46,770 bases of DNA from positions 1 through 46,770 of IMG/VR virus record IMGVR_UViG_2974624538_000001; one strand, given 5' to 3'. Positions 43,968 to 46,770 of the stretch are shown here, piece after piece. The DNA comes from a virus. Taxonomy: Duplodnaviria; Heunggongvirae; Uroviricota; Caudoviricetes. The notes under the pieces are model-generated. The model saw only the letters and a program-made list of their open reading frames with translations, was not told the DNA's origin and ran no database searches. The first letter of the stretch is position 1. Each line of letters opens with the position of its first letter. Position numbers and translations under genes: made by a program.

Positions 43968-44260
43968 AGGTTAAGCCCGTCACCTATGAACCCATTGATG
44001 ACGAGTTGAATGGTAGCGTCGCCCTTTTGCAGGCAGCGGCGGCCCTTGACGCAGCGGTGTTTCTTGCTGTAGAGTCAAAGAATGTTGAAAAGTTGATGGA
44101 TGCTGTGGCCATGTGGATTGGACTGGCTGAGCGTCTGGGTATCGACCTGGAAGAAGAGGATGGTTCCGATGTAAAGGACAAGCCTTTCTTCGGGTTTAAC
44201 GGTGCCAATATGTCTAAGATTGACGAACCTACTAAGGAGGTTGTTGCTGAAGATGCATGA
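43961..44260 (+). CDS. Hypothetical protein
   Basis: ORF track; tiles. Confidence 0.7.
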   Translation: MVKVKPVTYEPIDDELNGSVALLQAAAALDAAVFLAVESKNVEKLMDAVAMWIGLAERLGIDLEEEDGSDVKDKPFFGFNGANMSKIDEPTKEVVAEDA

Positions 44261-44483
44261 AGTTGAGACCGAAAAGACTCCTGCGAATCACCGAGTGAAG
44301 GTGAGTCTGGGGTATACTCGTAACATGGGTAATTTTGAATCTCTGCGCGTAGACATCGGCCTTGAGCTTGATGGTGCAGGGAATCCCAACCCGACTTTCG
44401 AGAAGGTATATGGTTGGGCAGAATCCAGGCTGCTTGAAAAGGTTGACGAAGTAGAGCAGCAGATTAAGGCAATTAAGGAGTAA
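44253..44483 (+). CDS. Hypothetical protein, 76 aa
   Basis: AAGGAGG SD upstream; tiles. Confidence 0.7.
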   Translation: MHEVETEKTPANHRVKVSLGYTRNMGNFESLRVDIGLELDGAGNPNPTFEKVYGWAESRLLEKVDEVEQQIKAIKE

Positions 44484-44485
44484 AA

Positions 44486-44830
44486 TTGGCCTCTAAGAAT
44501 GTGGTAGCGCAAAATGCTAATGCTCTGATTACTCTTTATATCCAGTGTTTCACCGAAAAGTATTCTCGGAAGCCTAACATCAATCGCTATCGCGTCAAGT
44601 GGGGCTTTCAGGATATGGTGGAAGACCTTGGCTACCAGCGTTGTAGAGATGTAGTTGAATACTACTTCAAGACTGGTCGCCTCGGTCACCCCGTAGATTT
44701 TCTCTTGATGAATTATGAGAAGATTTCTGAGGTTTATGAAGAGAAGCAGGAAGACGAACGTAAGAGAGCAGAACTGCGAAAGCAGACTGAGCAGAGAGTA
44801 AAGGAGCTGGAATCCAAGAATGACGGCTGA
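44486..44830 (+). CDS. Hypothetical protein upstream of the helicase
   Basis: ORF track; TTG start; tiles. Confidence 0.7.
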   Translation: MASKNVVAQNANALITLYIQCFTEKYSRKPNINRYRVKWGFQDMVEDLGYQRCRDVVEYYFKTGRLGHPVDFLLMNYEKISEVYEEKQEDERKRAELRKQTEQRVKELESKNDG

Positions 44831-46037
44831 ACTTAAGGTAATTAATGCAGTCTGCAAGAACAAGGACATTGGCGTTCTATTCGCAGACAATGTAGATGAA
44901 CTTTTCGATGCGTACGGTGATGTTTGGAAGAGCATTAAGTCGCATTATGAAAAGTATAAGTCTGTTCCTGAATTGAGTGTTCTTCAGGAGCGCTTTGATG
45001 ACCTAGAAGACCTGGGTATCAAGGGTGAGACGGAATACTATCTCGATGAGCTTAAGACCGACTATATGAATGCTCGGATTAAGCAGATTGTGACCAAGGC
45101 TGGTGCTGCTATTCAGGCAGGTGAGGCTCCGGGTCGCATCATTGACAAGACGAACGTCGCTCTCGCAAAGTTGGGGCGGTTCGCAAACAACGTTCGAGAC
45201 GTTGACGTAACAGATTTCGCGGCGGCAGAGCAGCATTTTGCTAACGTTCGTGAACGCAGTAATGCAACTGGTAGCCCTGGTATTCCAACTACCTTCAAGT
45301 CTATCGACTCTGTTTACCCTACCGGAATGGCCCCTGGTCACCTTATCGTGGCTATTGGTTGGCCGGGTAAGGGTAAGACTTGGTTCACTTCCTATCTCGC
45401 GTGTAAGGCGTGGGAGCAGGGCTTTAAGCCTATGATTGTTTCTCTGGAAATGTCTCCAGAGAATATGCGAGACCGAATTTATACCATGATGGGTTCTGGC
45501 CTTTTTCGAGCCTCCGACTTTGCTAAGGGAGATGTCAACATTGACGACTTCCATGCATGGGGAAAGCGTAGGTTTGATAACAAGGGTGGATTCGTGGTAG
45601 TATCAAATGAGGGACTTAATGACGTAACCCCCAACACGGTTCAGGGCAAGATTGACCAGCACAAGCCTGACTTGGTAATCTGTGACTACCATCAGCTATT
45701 CCAGTGCAACAGTCGTTCTAATAGCCCTACCGAGCGTGGTATGGCTGTATCTCGTGAGTTCAAGATGCTTGCGGTTACAAACAATATCCCGCTGATTGAT
45801 ATTACGGCTGCAACTCAGTCAGACCTTTCCGACCGTGATTCTCCTCCGATGATGAGTCAGGTTGCATGGTCCAAGGCAATTGAATACGATGCTGACATGG
45901 CCTTTGCGGTTCATCGCCAGGAAGAGTCAAACCTTGTTGAGATTGTTTGTCGAAAGAATCGACATGGAAGCATGTTCGATTTCTACCTTGACTGGGATAT
46001 TGACCGTGGTATCGTAACGGAAAAGTTTAACCTTTGA
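44820..46037 (+). CDS. dnaB: DnaB-like replicative helicase
   Basis: GWPGKGKT Walker A, SLEM, DY.QL, IEYDAD, KNRHG. Confidence 0.93.
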   Translation: MTAELKVINAVCKNKDIGVLFADNVDELFDAYGDVWKSIKSHYEKYKSVPELSVLQERFDDLEDLGIKGETEYYLDELKTDYMNARIKQIVTKAGAAIQAGEAPGRIIDKTNVALAKLGRFANNVRDVDVTDFAAAEQHFANVRERSNATGSPGIPTTFKSIDSVYPTGMAPGHLIVAIGWPGKGKTWFTSYLACKAWEQGFKPMIVSLEMSPENMRDRIYTMMGSGLFRASDFAKGDVNIDDFHAWGKRRFDNKGGFVVVSNEGLNDVTPNTVQGKIDQHKPDLVICDYHQLFQCNSRSNSPTERGMAVSREFKMLAVTNNIPLIDITAATQSDLSDRDSPPMMSQVAWSKAIEYDADMAFAVHRQEESNLVEIVCRKNRHGSMFDFYLDWDIDRGIVTEKFNL

Positions 46038-46040
46038 TAC

Positions 46041-46361
46041 ATGCACAAGACAATTAAGAGGTTCGGGCTAGAGGGCAAAATCGGTGACGATGCCGATTTT
46101 GCCCGGCTCCGTTCCCAATATGAGAGTATGATTGTAAAGGAGATGAGAGAGTCTGGATATGTTCCAGTTCTCGACCTAGGGCCTTATTGGTCAACGTCTT
46201 ATATTCAGGCAGAGACAGCTTACGATTTCGTTCTGTCTGTTTATGGAGTTTACGTCGGAAGGAGGCGTTCATGGGAGGTAGAGGGAATTTCGAATGGGAG
46301 CGAGATAGGGAGACCTACACCCCCAACCAAGTCGAAGCAACCCTCCGAGCCTGCGGAGTAG
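46041..46361 (+). CDS. Hypothetical protein
   Basis: ORF track; sits between helicase and primase. Confidence 0.65.
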   Translation: MHKTIKRFGLEGKIGDDADFARLRSQYESMIVKEMRESGYVPVLDLGPYWSTSYIQAETAYDFVLSVYGVYVGRRRSWEVEGISNGSEIGRPTPPTKSKQPSEPAE

Positions 46362-46770
46362 ATGTAGAAGGCGAAACGCACAATGACTTTTTGTGCTTCT
46401 GCCCTTTTCATGGAAATAGATTCAGTCCATCATTCAGTGTTTCGAAAACCAGCGGTGCATTCATTTGTTTCAATCACTCCTGCGGCATGACCGGAACGCT
46501 GATTGAACTTGTTAAGAAGGTTCCAAAGAGAGACGGAACTTTCCGGAATGAGTTTTCTGCTAGGCGACTGATTATTAAGAAGGGAAGCGAAACCGAACAG
46601 GCTTTTACAGAACAGCTTGAAAAGTTGCTTGAGCCGGTTGTGGAGTTTCCCGAGTTTCCGCAAGTCACTCTAGATAGAATGTACGATGACTTCTGGCAAA
46701 ATCCAGAAGCTATTAGATACATGGTAGAAGAGCGCGGGTTTGAGGAAGAGGTTCTTGACTTCTTCCGTAT
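46271..46770 (+). CDS. dnaG: DNA primase, N-terminal part (CHC2 zinc finger), truncated by the window end
   Basis: Manual translation MGGRGNFEWE...CPFHGNRFSPSFSV...ICFNHSCG; AAGGAGG SD; open to the end. Confidence 0.9.
   Translation, partial: MGGRGNFEWERDRETYTPNQVEATLRACGVDVEGETHNDFLCFCPFHGNRFSPSFSVSKTSGAFICFNHSCGMTGTLIELVKKVPKRDGTFRNEFSARRLIIKKGSETEQAFTEQLEKLLEPVVEFPEFPQVTLDRMYDDFWQNPEAIRYMVEERGFEEEVLDFFR

Noticed and set aside
8669-46037. Inteins or introns in nrdJ, helicase or portal
   Set aside because: Lengths are normal, motifs contiguous, no splice-junction signatures
294-46722. Many antisense or out-of-frame ORFs in the track (e.g. 16596..17207-, 17493..17987-, 33149..33718-, 42347..42820-, 44288..44935-)
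   Set aside because: They lie opposite well-supported genes, mirror their codon bias, and lack SDs or motifs
1-46770. CRISPR array, integrase/att site, IS element
   Set aside because: No regularly spaced repeats, recombinase or transposase motifs found

Overview
Part of a large, low-GC tailed dsDNA phage genome with a long-tailed siphovirus layout. Gene content (amidase-LysM endolysin, class II RNR, ThyX, tRNA cluster, sigma70/HrdB-type promoters, many leaderless starts) points to an actinobacterial host, most likely Streptomyces; resemblance to the large BE/BK-type Streptomyces phages is an inference, not a database result. Layout: (1) 1-640, small + strand genes, then a repeat/palindrome-rich junction at 640-890. 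(2) 896-6413, a minus-strand accessory arm with a C5 DNA methyltransferase, variant ThyX, free-standing LAGLIDADG endonuclease, small Zn-finger proteins, three tRNA-Thr plus an atypical tRNA-Ile, Dps and a secreted Rpf/SceD-like transglycosylase. (3) 6576-11720, two tandem GT4 glycosyltransferases, NrdJ and endolysin. (4) 11876-41702, virion genes: LamG protein, portal, protease-scaffold, capsid, neck, tail tube, frameshifted chaperone, ~2100-aa tape measure with SLT and M23 domains, baseplate and a 2021-aa tail tip/fibre. (5) 41723-end, HNH, metallophosphoesterase, holin-like protein, HTH, DnaB helicase and the start of primase. No terminase, integrase or CRISPR array is visible. The least-explained signals are non-coding: a promoter-driven four-hairpin RNA after the endolysin that shares a 26-nt covarying hairpin with the tRNA-operon leader, highly structured tRNA spacers with anti-SD-like loops, NrdR-like boxes at nrdJ and in the thyX-operon promoter, and a probable AUA start for the tape measure. 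All calls were made by eye from the sequence and ORF track.
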